DNA of 64,000 nt. Source: an uncultured Candidatus Saccharibacteria bacterium (GTDB lineage: Bacteria; Patescibacteriota; Minisyncoccia; Phycocordibacterales; PALSA-1337). Position 1 is the stretch's first letter, and each line of letters opens with the position of its first letter. Below, piece after piece: positions 1 through 8,436 of the stretch. Where the stretch lies: NCBI GenBank assembly GCA_964406895.1, contig CAYOTK010000002.1, positions 6,004 to 70,003 on the forward strand, written 5' to 3'. Both the position numbers and the translations under genes were made by a program. The notes below the pieces were generated by a model that saw only the letters and a list, made by a program, of their open reading frames with translations, did no database searches and had not been told where the DNA came from.

Positions 1-13
1 CTATGATTAAGTT

Positions 14-2317
14 ATGAATTTCGAACAAAGGGAAGAAAATAACCTTATGTTACCCACTGAAACCACCACTCAAAGACAGAAGGTTTTTATGATGGCCAGA
101 AAAGAAACCGGAGACCAAAAAATCCTAGAGCAATTTACACCCGAACAGCAAAGAGAAATAGAAAGTAAACAAAGAATTCTCTCATCCCTAGCTTATTTTA
201 TTGGTAAAGATTTTAGAATCCCGGTTGAGCTAAATGAACCTGGGCGGGGTTGGCACTGGGATTTTGAACATAATGTTATTCGGATTGATCCTAAAGATCT
301 TCTTGAAAAACCGATGGATTATCTTCGTTTCGTGATTGCCCATGAAGGTGGTCACCGGCGGATTTCTCGCACAGATTTTATCCCAGTCGAAGAGTGGGAG
401 CAACCGGGTTTTTCGGCTTTGATGAACGCGATTGAAGATCCCCGGGATAATAATTTTGTGGCGGAAAATTATCCAAGATTCAGAAAACAAATGGAATTCG
501 CCTATAATTTAGATGAAGAACTGGTAGCAAAAGCCAAAGCGGAAGCCAAAGGAAAGTTGGGTTATCAGCCTAGGTTTATGCAAGCGAGTTTTGAATATAT
601 AAAACAATGGTTTAACGAAAGACAGAATCGGGAAATGAAAATAAGTGAAGATTTGACCAAAGATGTTAAAGTGGTTTTGAGCAAAACTCTCAAAAGTGCG
701 CAAGACTCTTGGTGGCGATACCCAACTAAAAAAGAAGCAGATGAAAGTGAGAAGCTCATTGCCGATTACGCCAAAGTTTCCTACGAAATCAACCGTGATG
801 AAATTTGGCCGGAGTTTAAAAAGTTGGTTGCAATGGATATGCAGGATCAAAGAAGCCAGGAGTTTCTTAAAAATCAGCAAAAAGCTAGAGGTAAAGAAGG
901 TGGTTCGCCTGGTTTACCACAGGAGTTAAAAGAAAAATTGACTCTTGAAGAACAGAAGGCCTTGGAAGAGGCGCTTGATAAAGCCATTGAAGAAGCCAAA
1001 AAAAGACAGGAAGAAGAAAAGGCCAAAGCGGAAAAAACCAAAGAGGCAACGAGCGAAAAATCAGCTGATGGAGAAGAGGAAACACCCGGTTCATTCAGCG
1101 GAAAAAGTGATGATAAGGACGGAAAATCAGAATCAATGGAATCACAAGGGAAACCCGAAGAACAATCAGTCGATGGACAACCTGTTCCGATTAATCTGGA
1201 TTCATTATCCCCGGAGTTAAAAAATAAAATTAAGGAATATGTTGACTCCCTTCCAGAAGATAAGAAAAAAGAATTGACCGAAAAAGCCAAGAAAGCACTA
1301 AAAGAATTCGAGGACAAACTTAATGAAAAACTTCAAGGCAAGCTGATGGAAAATCCAGAAGAGAAAAAGACTGAAGATCAAAAAGCTCAAGAAACGACAA
1401 TCAGTGCTGGGGAGGCAGTGCGAACCGGCCCAAAAAGGGCGGGGGTTGTCGATATTGCCGGGCTAAAAACTTATAAAGAACGTCTTGAGAGAGAGATAAA
1501 TAAAGACGCCAATTTATATGAGGAAATGAGACGAGAGGTTCTGCTTTTGATTGATAAATTAGAGATGGAGTTGAGACAAATATTTGTTGCGCGCAAAACT
1601 CGGGCCTGGAAAACCGGTTTTGAAACAGGTAAAAGGATAGATATTAAGACCAGGATTCAAGAAAAAGCCCAATCTGTTCCTATAATGGAAAGCCGAGCCT
1701 GGCAGAAAAGAGAAGCGCCTCAAGAAAAAGATTACGCAATTTCTTTGCTGGTGGATTTATCCGGTTCCATGTGGCAAGATGATAAAATTAAGGAGACTTT
1801 TAAAGCGGTTGTTGTCCTTTGTGAAGTTTTGAATCGTCTATCTATTAATTTGGAGATTCTGGGTTTTAATGATCAAATGTACACTTATCAAGCCTTCGGT
1901 GAACAGATATCCAATAAAATCCGCGAATTGATGGGTGGTATGATTAAAGAAGTTGATGATAGTCGTTGCCATAGTTGCGGTAATGAACATAATGAAACTG
2001 ACTTGGGTTGGGCTACAGAAATGGCTTCAAAAAATCTGGCTAAACAAAAAGCCGATAACAAATTCCTTATCACCTTATCAGATGGAAAGCTGGAGGAATC
2101 CTCAAAACATCCTCGCGACAAATATAATTTAGAGGCAGTCATCAAAAAAACCGTTGAGGCTACGGATATAAATATTATCGGTTTGGGTGTTGGCCGGGGA
2201 ACTCAGGGAATGAGTGTCTACTATCCCAAAAGTATCGCCAATGTTCAGGTTTCTGAGATGGCCGAAAAACTTTCTGACCTTATCCGTGATGTAATTGCAG
2301 ATTATGATAAAATCTAA
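14..2317 (+). CDS. vWA-domain protein with N-terminal zincin-like HExxH (HEGGH) domain and K/E-rich coiled-coil linker; partner of downstream MoxR ATPase
   Basis: HEGGH motif (VIAHEGGHRR); long low-complexity K/E-rich segment; C-terminal vWA with intact MIDAS (LLVDLSGSMW ... ITLSDGK). Confidence 0.6.
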   Translation: MNFEQREENNLMLPTETTTQRQKVFMMARKETGDQKILEQFTPEQQREIESKQRILSSLAYFIGKDFRIPVELNEPGRGWHWDFEHNVIRIDPKDLLEKPMDYLRFVIAHEGGHRRISRTDFIPVEEWEQPGFSALMNAIEDPRDNNFVAENYPRFRKQMEFAYNLDEELVAKAKAEAKGKLGYQPRFMQASFEYIKQWFNERQNREMKISEDLTKDVKVVLSKTLKSAQDSWWRYPTKKEADESEKLIADYAKVSYEINRDEIWPEFKKLVAMDMQDQRSQEFLKNQQKARGKEGGSPGLPQELKEKLTLEEQKALEEALDKAIEEAKKRQEEEKAKAEKTKEATSEKSADGEEETPGSFSGKSDDKDGKSESMESQGKPEEQSVDGQPVPINLDSLSPELKNKIKEYVDSLPEDKKKELTEKAKKALKEFEDKLNEKLQGKLMENPEEKKTEDQKAQETTISAGEAVRTGPKRAGVVDIAGLKTYKERLEREINKDANLYEEMRREVLLLIDKLEMELRQIFVARKTRAWKTGFETGKRIDIKTRIQEKAQSVPIMESRAWQKREAPQEKDYAISLLVDLSGSMWQDDKIKETFKAVVVLCEVLNRLSINLEILGFNDQMYTYQAFGEQISNKIRELMGGMIKEVDDSRCHSCGNEHNETDLGWATEMASKNLAKQKADNKFLITLSDGKLEESSKHPRDKYNLEAVIKKTVEATDINIIGLGVGRGTQGMSVYYPKSIANVQVSEMAEKLSDLIRDVIADYDKI

Positions 2318-2329
2318 TATAATCAAAAC

Positions 2330-2758
2330 ATGACAAATGTCTCAAAAATGGCCTTATCGCAATTTTTAGCCAGAACCGAAGCCCAGAAGGATATTTCTTT
2401 AGTCATTGCTCAAGACCAAAAAGAACTCAATGAATTCAGTCTTTTTTTGAAAAATGAAGGATTTCAAGCGGCAGAAAATATTAGAACCCTTATCTCTTAT
2501 TTGAGCGACACTTCTAAGCCCGCCAGATTATATGTTTCGCCTAATAAAGATAACATCAAATCTTTCTATGATTTTCTAGTTCAATATCCAACCGGGCAAG
2601 TGGAGATTTTTGACAGTCAGGAAATGAAATCCAAGGTTTTTCAACCCGACTATAACAATTCTACAGTTGTGTTTCTTGTTTCCAAAAAAGACATCTCCGA
2701 ATTTCAGTCGAATAATTTTTCGCTTCTTCAATATGCCGGGATGACTTTTCAAAATTAA
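2330..2758 (+). CDS. hypothetical protein between vWA and MoxR genes
   Basis: 142-aa ORF tightly packed between two operon partners; no recognisable motif. Confidence 0.3.
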   Translation: MTNVSKMALSQFLARTEAQKDISLVIAQDQKELNEFSLFLKNEGFQAAENIRTLISYLSDTSKPARLYVSPNKDNIKSFYDFLVQYPTGQVEIFDSQEMKSKVFQPDYNNSTVVFLVSKKDISEFQSNNFSLLQYAGMTFQN

Positions 2759-2767
2759 TAAATTATT

Positions 2768-4849
2768 ATGAAAACCACAGAGCAACCCAATCCAGTTTTA
2801 TCAGAGGAAGCAATTGTTAAACCAGTTCAAGAGACCGAAACATCTGTCTCGTATTTAGGAGTGACTCTTGAGAAAGCAGAAAAAAAAGAAGGACGTTTTG
2901 TCCCTAAAAAAGAACAATATAAAGATTATATTAATGAAAAATTTTCTCTTGAGCTCCAGCAAAAGATAGCAATATCTTTTCTGGCCGGTGATCCAGTCCT
3001 GATTGAAGGGGGAACCAGTATTGGAAAGACCACGACAGTCAAAAAAATGTGCGCAGAACTTGGTTGGGAAGTCCATTATGCCAACCTTAACGGAGCGACC
3101 GATGTGCAAGATTTGATGGGTCGATATATTCCTAATCCGTTCAAGCTTGATCGGACGAAAATCTCCGATGAAAAATACGAAAAAATTATCAAAGAATGGA
3201 TAAATCACACCGCCGGAATGGATCCCTCCCTTTTGGAGGGTAAGGAATATATTTTTGCTGATGGAAAAGTGACCAGCGGCTTGCGTCAAGAAGAAGGAAA
3301 AGTAAAAGTAATTATTTTGGATGAGTTTAATGCTTCCGCTCCGAACATCCTTATTCGTTTGCACGAAGTGCTGGATGCCCTGGAACGCGGTGGCGATGTC
3401 ACTTTGTCCGAGGATGCCTCGGAAGTTGTTCCGGTCAGTAAAGGAAATACTAAAATAATTGCCTTAATGAACCCACCAGGCAAAGGCTATTTTGGCCGAG
3501 AACCACTGGATCCGGCCCAGCTTAGACGTTGGGTATATCAGAAAGAAGTGACTGAACTTCCTGGTGAGACTTTTTCATTCAGCACTAAAGCTCTTTTTGG
3601 CATACGGTCTGATATGCAAGAAATACCAGAGGATCTTTATCTTAAACCCCGTCAGTCAATCCTGCCGGCCGAACAACTTCAAGAAATCCCCGGCATTGAA
3701 GATATTTTAGCCAAATACGAAGAATTTCATAAAGCCGTTAAGGAATTGGTGGCCACACGAAAAATTGCCACCGATCAACCTCAGCCATTTACTTACGATG
3801 ATCGAGCGGAACCACGACGAGTTCGGGATTTTGTTTTGCGTTTTTATACGGGTGATCTGAATGAGACTTTCCAAGAGGCCCTGCGTTATTATTACCGGAA
3901 TAAGTTGGAAAGCGATGAGGATAAGAAAAAAATCGGTGAGCTTATTGACCATGTGATGCATGTTCCCAAAGAGGAGACAAAGAGAAAAGGGACGAAAAGA
4001 AAAAGCGATGAGAAAGCTAAAGAAGCTAAATCAGAAAATCCAGGCGAAGCCAAGGAAAAAATAGATGCGGAAGAATTGCTGGGTAAAACCGAAGAAGAAA
4101 TCAAAGTCATGAAAACAGCTTTGAGAAAAAAAAGAAAGGAAATTCTGGGTGAGTCTTCTGACTCCGTCATCTCCGTTGAATATAAAAGAAAGGACGAAAA
4201 AGGCGAAGTTGTCAATGAAATTATTAAAATTGATTTTCAAGAAAAACTAGATTCCGCGGTAGATTTTTACAAAAAGCACGATATAGAACTGCCAACAGAC
4301 TTTATTGAACAAATACAAGATATTTGGCAGAGAAATGTTGATAGTATGAAAGAAGCGATAGAAAAACAGGGTTTTGATGAGATATTGTTTATCCCCAGTG
4401 GCTTGGCCGTGCCGGACTTACATACAAAAATGTCGGCTGGATATGTTGGAACCTACCAGGGCGATTATTTTGAAGCGAACGGTTCCTTTTCTGGCGTTAA
4501 AGAAAAGACAAACGATTCAAGAATTATCTTGATTCACAAGAATAACGCTCAAAATTTAGCCGATCGACCAGAATTAAAAGAAACCCTGGGAAAAACCGCT
4601 GAATCTCTCATCAAGTCCGGAGAAACTCTTACTTTAACTGATTATCTCATCTATCAAAAGAAATATTTTGAAGAAACTGGCAAGCATTTAGATGCGAATG
4701 GTTGGACCTGTCTCCCTGGTTCTAGGTCTGGCTCCTTTGTTGTCTACGCCTACTGGGTCCCGGGTAATGGTCGGCTCGTTGTGAGCGCCTTTGCTTCGGA
4801 CGACTCGACTCCGTGGGTCGGTTGCCGCCCCTCCCGCTGTTTCCAATAA
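2768..4849 (+). CDS. MoxR-like AAA+ ATPase (AAA_5) fused to a ~230-aa C-terminal ligand-binding-like domain whose last ~40 aa form DGR variable repeat VR1
   Basis: Walker A GGTSIGKTTT, Walker B IILDEF, MoxR signature ALMNPPGKGYFGREPLDPAQLRRW; C-terminal half paralogous to CDS 5690..6718; ends ...GCRPSRCFQ. Confidence 0.7.
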   Translation: MKTTEQPNPVLSEEAIVKPVQETETSVSYLGVTLEKAEKKEGRFVPKKEQYKDYINEKFSLELQQKIAISFLAGDPVLIEGGTSIGKTTTVKKMCAELGWEVHYANLNGATDVQDLMGRYIPNPFKLDRTKISDEKYEKIIKEWINHTAGMDPSLLEGKEYIFADGKVTSGLRQEEGKVKVIILDEFNASAPNILIRLHEVLDALERGGDVTLSEDASEVVPVSKGNTKIIALMNPPGKGYFGREPLDPAQLRRWVYQKEVTELPGETFSFSTKALFGIRSDMQEIPEDLYLKPRQSILPAEQLQEIPGIEDILAKYEEFHKAVKELVATRKIATDQPQPFTYDDRAEPRRVRDFVLRFYTGDLNETFQEALRYYYRNKLESDEDKKKIGELIDHVMHVPKEETKRKGTKRKSDEKAKEAKSENPGEAKEKIDAEELLGKTEEEIKVMKTALRKKRKEILGESSDSVISVEYKRKDEKGEVVNEIIKIDFQEKLDSAVDFYKKHDIELPTDFIEQIQDIWQRNVDSMKEAIEKQGFDEILFIPSGLAVPDLHTKMSAGYVGTYQGDYFEANGSFSGVKEKTNDSRIILIHKNNAQNLADRPELKETLGKTAESLIKSGETLTLTDYLIYQKKYFEETGKHLDANGWTCLPGSRSGSFVVYAYWVPGNGRLVVSAFASDDSTPWVGCRPSRCFQ
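4730..4843 (+). repeat. DGR variable repeat VR1 (3' end of MoxR gene)
   Basis: ~115-nt match to the TR at 5118..5235; most mismatches fall on TR adenines; GC-rich 3' segment gccgcccctcccgc shared with TR (IMH-like). Confidence 0.7.
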
Positions 4850-5117
4850 TTAGGTAACTTGTAGCTTGGATTTTTGTATTTATTTTTTCTTTTTATTTTT
4901 AACTTCGGCGAGTATGGTTTGCGAGTTGGGAAGCAGACCTGCCGAAGCGCTCAAAAAAACTGAAGACAACCGCGGTAAGGTAATACCTTGCCATATTGTA
5001 AGGTTTTAAGTCGTGAGAGTGATAAGTTAAGGAAACAGCGGTTTTGGGTTGGGAAAGTTGTCCTAATAAATAGAGTCTGGTTTCCATGGATGTAAGGATA
5101 GCCTCAAGCTAAAAGAG

Positions 5118-5235
5118 GGTCGGCTCCAATGTTGTCTACGCCAACTGGAACCCGAGTGATGGTCAGCTCAATGTGAACGCCAATGCTCCGGACAACTCAA
5201 ATCCGAATATCGGTTGCCGCCCCTCCCGCCGTTTC
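5118..5235 (+). repeat. DGR template repeat (TR), rich in AAC/AAT codons
   Basis: Encodes N V V Y A N W N P S D G Q L N V N A N A P D N S N P N I; aligned VR1 and VR2 positions differ almost only where the TR has A. Confidence 0.7.
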
Positions 5236-5664
5236 TGTTTTAGTAATAGACTGTCCTATTTAAATGGCTTGGATGAATTTGTGAAAGAAGAATTAGGATC
5301 TAGGTTCTATATTCAATACAATGATGATTTTGTGATTTCGGATAATTCTAAATTGCGTTTAAAAAAATATTTGCCACGGATAAGAAAACTCTTGGAAGAA
5401 AAATTAGAACTGAAAATTCCGGCAGAAAAAACGTCTATAAGAAAATTGGAGTGGGAAGTGGATTTTCTAGGTTACATTATTTTGAAAGACGCTGTTTTGC
5501 TCAGAAATAAGACTAAAGGCAAAATTTTTGAGAGGTTGAATGAGAAAAATATCAGTTCTTATTTAGGCTTGTTAAAACATTGCAATTCTTATACTTTAAA
5601 ACAGAAGATCATTTCAAATTATAATAGTCAAATAAAGTCTTATGACTTTGAAGGTGATTTTTAA
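5173..5664 (+). CDS. reverse transcriptase, DGR-type, N-terminally truncated (end of motif 4 through motif 7 and thumb only); GTG start lies inside the TR
   Basis: FSNRLSYLNGLDEFVK (motif 4 tail), RFYIQYNDDFVI (motif 5 YxDD), LELKIPAEKTSIRK (motif 6), VDFLGYII (motif 7); a TAA stop lies in-frame just upstream of the TR, so no motifs 1-3. Confidence 0.6.
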   Translation: MNANAPDNSNPNIGCRPSRRFCFSNRLSYLNGLDEFVKEELGSRFYIQYNDDFVISDNSKLRLKKYLPRIRKLLEEKLELKIPAEKTSIRKLEWEVDFLGYIILKDAVLLRNKTKGKIFERLNEKNISSYLGLLKHCNSYTLKQKIISNYNSQIKSYDFEGDF

Positions 5665-5689
5665 TTTACAGTATGCTAGTATTTACGGT

Positions 5690-6718
5690 ATGAAATTTGA
5701 AGCCTTAAAGCCCAAAGGTGTTACGGAAGAACCTGAAGTTTCAGGACTCGAAGCTTTGTCGGAAGAGGAAAAACAAGAAAAAGTCGCTTTAATGAAAGAA
5801 CTTGAGAATCGTATTAAAGCTGTAGAAGCCGGTCTGGCAGACTTGCAAGATGCTGTTACTGAAGCAGAAAAAAGCAATGATTGGTCAAAGGTTTCGTCAC
5901 TAAAAAATATTTTGAAAAGTAAACTGGCGCTCGCCAAAACCGCTCAAAGAAAATTAGAAGGTCGAGAGGAAGAACTTACTATTTCTGCCGAATATAAGTA
6001 TAAAGATGAGAAAGGGAAGGAAATCGCGGAGACGATAGAATTGGATTTCGAAACAGAAATTTCCTCTCTGATTGATTTATACAAGAGGAATGGCATTGAA
6101 GTCCCCGTTGACTTTAAGGAACAAATGCAAAGTCTTTGGGAGAAAAATGCCGATGCTATGACGGAAGCCGTTGCCGAGAAAGGATTTGATCAGGTTTTGT
6201 TTATTCCGGAAAATCTGCCCAAACTCAAAGAGTTAGAGGTTAAAATGACCGCGGGTTATGAAAAAGAAAAAGGCAATAAGACTTATTGGTATATAAGTGC
6301 TGATGATATAAAAGAAACAGCGACAAGGGGAGCCAGAATCATTTTGGTTCACAAGGCTCCGGATTTGACCGCTCACCCAGAACTAAAGAAAACACTGAGC
6401 AAGGAATTCGGTGGAGAAAAAGAAAATGGGAAAGATAATAAAGCGGAGGATTTTATAAAAGACGGCGAATCTTTGACTTTGTCTGAATATTTGATTTTAC
6501 AGAGAGATGTTTTTGAGAAAACTGGTGTTCATCTGGATAGCAAACTAACACCTGATGGCGATTATATTTTCTGGACATGGCTTCCCGGTTCTCAAGTCGG
6601 CTCCTATGTTATCGACGCCGGCTGGAGCCCGGGTGGTGGTCGGCTCGGTGTGAGTGCCCGTGCTCCGGACTACTCGCAGCCGGCTATCGGTCGCCGCCCC
6701 TCCCGCTGTTTCCAATAA
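5690..6718 (+). CDS. stand-alone paralog of the MoxR C-terminal domain carrying DGR variable repeat VR2 (ORF track start 5642; a later Met nearer 5690 is more likely)
   Basis: Aligns over ~230 aa with the C-terminal half of CDS 2768..4849 (YKRKDEKGE.../YKYKDEKGKE..., LTLTDYLI/LTLSEYLI); ends ...GRRPSRCFQ. Confidence 0.6.
   Translation: MKFEALKPKGVTEEPEVSGLEALSEEEKQEKVALMKELENRIKAVEAGLADLQDAVTEAEKSNDWSKVSSLKNILKSKLALAKTAQRKLEGREEELTISAEYKYKDEKGKEIAETIELDFETEISSLIDLYKRNGIEVPVDFKEQMQSLWEKNADAMTEAVAEKGFDQVLFIPENLPKLKELEVKMTAGYEKEKGNKTYWYISADDIKETATRGARIILVHKAPDLTAHPELKKTLSKEFGGEKENGKDNKAEDFIKDGESLTLSEYLILQRDVFEKTGVHLDSKLTPDGDYIFWTWLPGSQVGSYVIDAGWSPGGGRLGVSARAPDYSQPAIGRRPSRCFQ
6595..6712 (+). repeat. 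DGR variable repeat VR2
   Basis: ~115-nt match to the TR with differences concentrated at TR adenines; the same ~50-nt 3' flank (ccaataattagRtaacttgtag..ttggatttt.gtatttatttt) follows both VR1 and VR2. Confidence 0.65.
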
Positions 6719-6940
6719 TTAGATAACTTGTAGTTTGGATTTTGTATTTATTTTCCTTTTTTTATCTTCGATTTTTTTAAAATACATCAGATGTGGTGGT
6801 TGCAAAACTCACAAGTGAATAAAAAGTCACCATATGTTTTATTTTAGAAAAGAATATAATATTTGCGTAAAGTTAAATAATAAAAAATGAAATATTTTGT
6901 TGGATATCTAGCGTCTGAAAAATTATGATAGTATTAATTC

Positions 6941-7438
6941 ATGCAAATCAAATCAACTCTCACCAATCGTTCAGGTCAAGTTTTGGATGTTACATACAAT
7001 GATATAAACGACGAATCAGAACTTGGAAATAGAAAGATAAATGGTGTTCACGCATATTGCTTCTGTGATGGCAAACTCGTTCTTGTTTACGCAGAGGAAA
7101 AGAAATATTGGTCTCCACCGGGAGGAGCCGTAGAAATCGGAGAAAGTATTCGCGAAGCAGTCACAAGAGAAGTCAAAGAAGAAACAAATATGCGCGTTAT
7201 TTCTCAAAAAATCATTGGATATCAAGAAGTCATCGAGCCAAAAGGTATTTCTGTTCAGACACGCTCCGTTTGTATTGTTGAGCCCTACGGACCTTTTGTT
7301 TCTGATTCTGATGGTGATATAACGAAGATTATGTTAATAGTTCCAAGTGATTATAAGAAATATTTTGATTGGGGAGAGATTGGGGATCACATTTTTAATA
7401 GGGCGATGGAAATTGTAAAAAACTATGAACATCTTTGA
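6941..7438 (+). CDS. Nudix hydrolase
   Basis: Nudix box GGAVEIGESIREAVTREVKEETN. Confidence 0.7.
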   Translation: MQIKSTLTNRSGQVLDVTYNDINDESELGNRKINGVHAYCFCDGKLVLVYAEEKKYWSPPGGAVEIGESIREAVTREVKEETNMRVISQKIIGYQEVIEPKGISVQTRSVCIVEPYGPFVSDSDGDITKIMLIVPSDYKKYFDWGEIGDHIFNRAMEIVKNYEHL

Positions 7439-7829
7439 TCAAGTAAAATCATTAAATCTACCACTAGGCCAATATGCAGTCGTTGGTGGTGGTGTTCTGG
7501 CCACTCACGGTATTCGAGATTTCAAAGATATTGATATCCTGATTACTAGAGAGTTGTTTGATGAATTGAAAAAGATAGGTTGGACAATAAAAGTGACGTC
7601 TGGGGGTTCAACTAATGTGGTAAATGGTATAGTAGAAGCCGGTCCAGATATTATTTATTGCAAGAATTATGAACCAGATATTGCGAAAGTTATAAAAGAA
7701 GCTGACATCATTAATGGTATTCCTTTTATGAATTTGCATGAACTGGTGAAATTCAAGAAGGCCTTAGGCAGAGAAAAGGATTTGGTTGATGTAGGGTTGG
7801 TGGAGGAGTATTGGGAGAAATTTTATTAA
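7425..7829 (+). CDS. minimal nucleotidyltransferase-fold protein
   Basis: VVGGGVLATHGIRDFKDIDIL fits the G[GS]...DxD NTase signature. Confidence 0.4.
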   Translation: MNIFDQVKSLNLPLGQYAVVGGGVLATHGIRDFKDIDILITRELFDELKKIGWTIKVTSGGSTNVVNGIVEAGPDIIYCKNYEPDIAKVIKEADIINGIPFMNLHELVKFKKALGREKDLVDVGLVEEYWEKFY

Positions 7830-7859
7830 TTTGAAAGATTAGTGTAATATAATTGTATT

Positions 7860-8297
7860 ATGGATTGTGCATTTTGCTCAAATAAAGAAGTTAAGGAACG
7901 TATAATTATTGAGAATGATTTTGCCTTTGCGTTTCCAACCAATACTCCGATTGTTCAGGGTCATATTTTAATTTGTCCTAAAAGACACATACAATACTAT
8001 GAAGATGCAACCGAGGAAGAGAAAAATTCTATTGAAGAACTAAGAATAAAAATACGAAGAGCTTTGATTAAAACTCTAAGTGCTCAAGGTTTTAATTGGG
8101 CTTGGAATGAGGAGAAAATCAGGGGTCATTCTGTTCCACACTTTCATCTTCATGTGGTACCAAGAAAAGAAGGCGATCAGGGTGTCTATCAATATGAACC
8201 AAGAGAATTTTTGTATCGCCCTTCACCTAGAACTTTAATAACACCAAATGATGAATTGATGAAGATTGTTCGGGTGATACAAGAGGCTATAAAATAG
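7860..8297 (+). CDS. HIT family hydrolase
   Basis: Histidine triad HFHLHVVPR. Confidence 0.75.
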   Translation: MDCAFCSNKEVKERIIIENDFAFAFPTNTPIVQGHILICPKRHIQYYEDATEEEKNSIEELRIKIRRALIKTLSAQGFNWAWNEEKIRGHSVPHFHLHVVPRKEGDQGVYQYEPREFLYRPSPRTLITPNDELMKIVRVIQEAIK

Positions 8298-8356
8298 TAA
8301 ATAAAGATTTCAAGGTGAAATAATAAATGATAACTTGTTATCCACACCCATAAATT

Positions 8357-8420
8357 GACTAATTCACTGAATTCGGTATAATTTGGTGATTCAATTCACT
8401 GAATTAGTCATAAAATGGTG
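8357..8420 (+). promoter_or_regulatory. sigma70-like promoter (TTGACT-16 bp-TATAAT) overlapped by two copies of an AATTCACTGAATT operator-like repeat
   Basis: ttgactaattcactgaattcggtataat followed by ...caattcactgaattagtca, directly upstream of CDS 8437. Confidence 0.5.
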
Positions 8421-8436
8421 AATTGATATAATATAT

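Noticed and set aside
874-1317. Minus-strand ORFs (874-1317, 885-1094) and the + strand ORF 945-1220 (KKRPKRKKPKRQ...) inside the vWA gene
   Set aside because: They are alternative-frame or antisense readings of a GAA/AAG-rich low-complexity segment. The Ser- or Lys-rich translations are artefacts.
4899-5087. 62-aa minus-strand ORF between VR1 and the TR as a possible Avd accessory gene
   Set aside because: It is too short, not helical/basic like Avd, and overlaps the hairpin region. The region is more likely noncoding.
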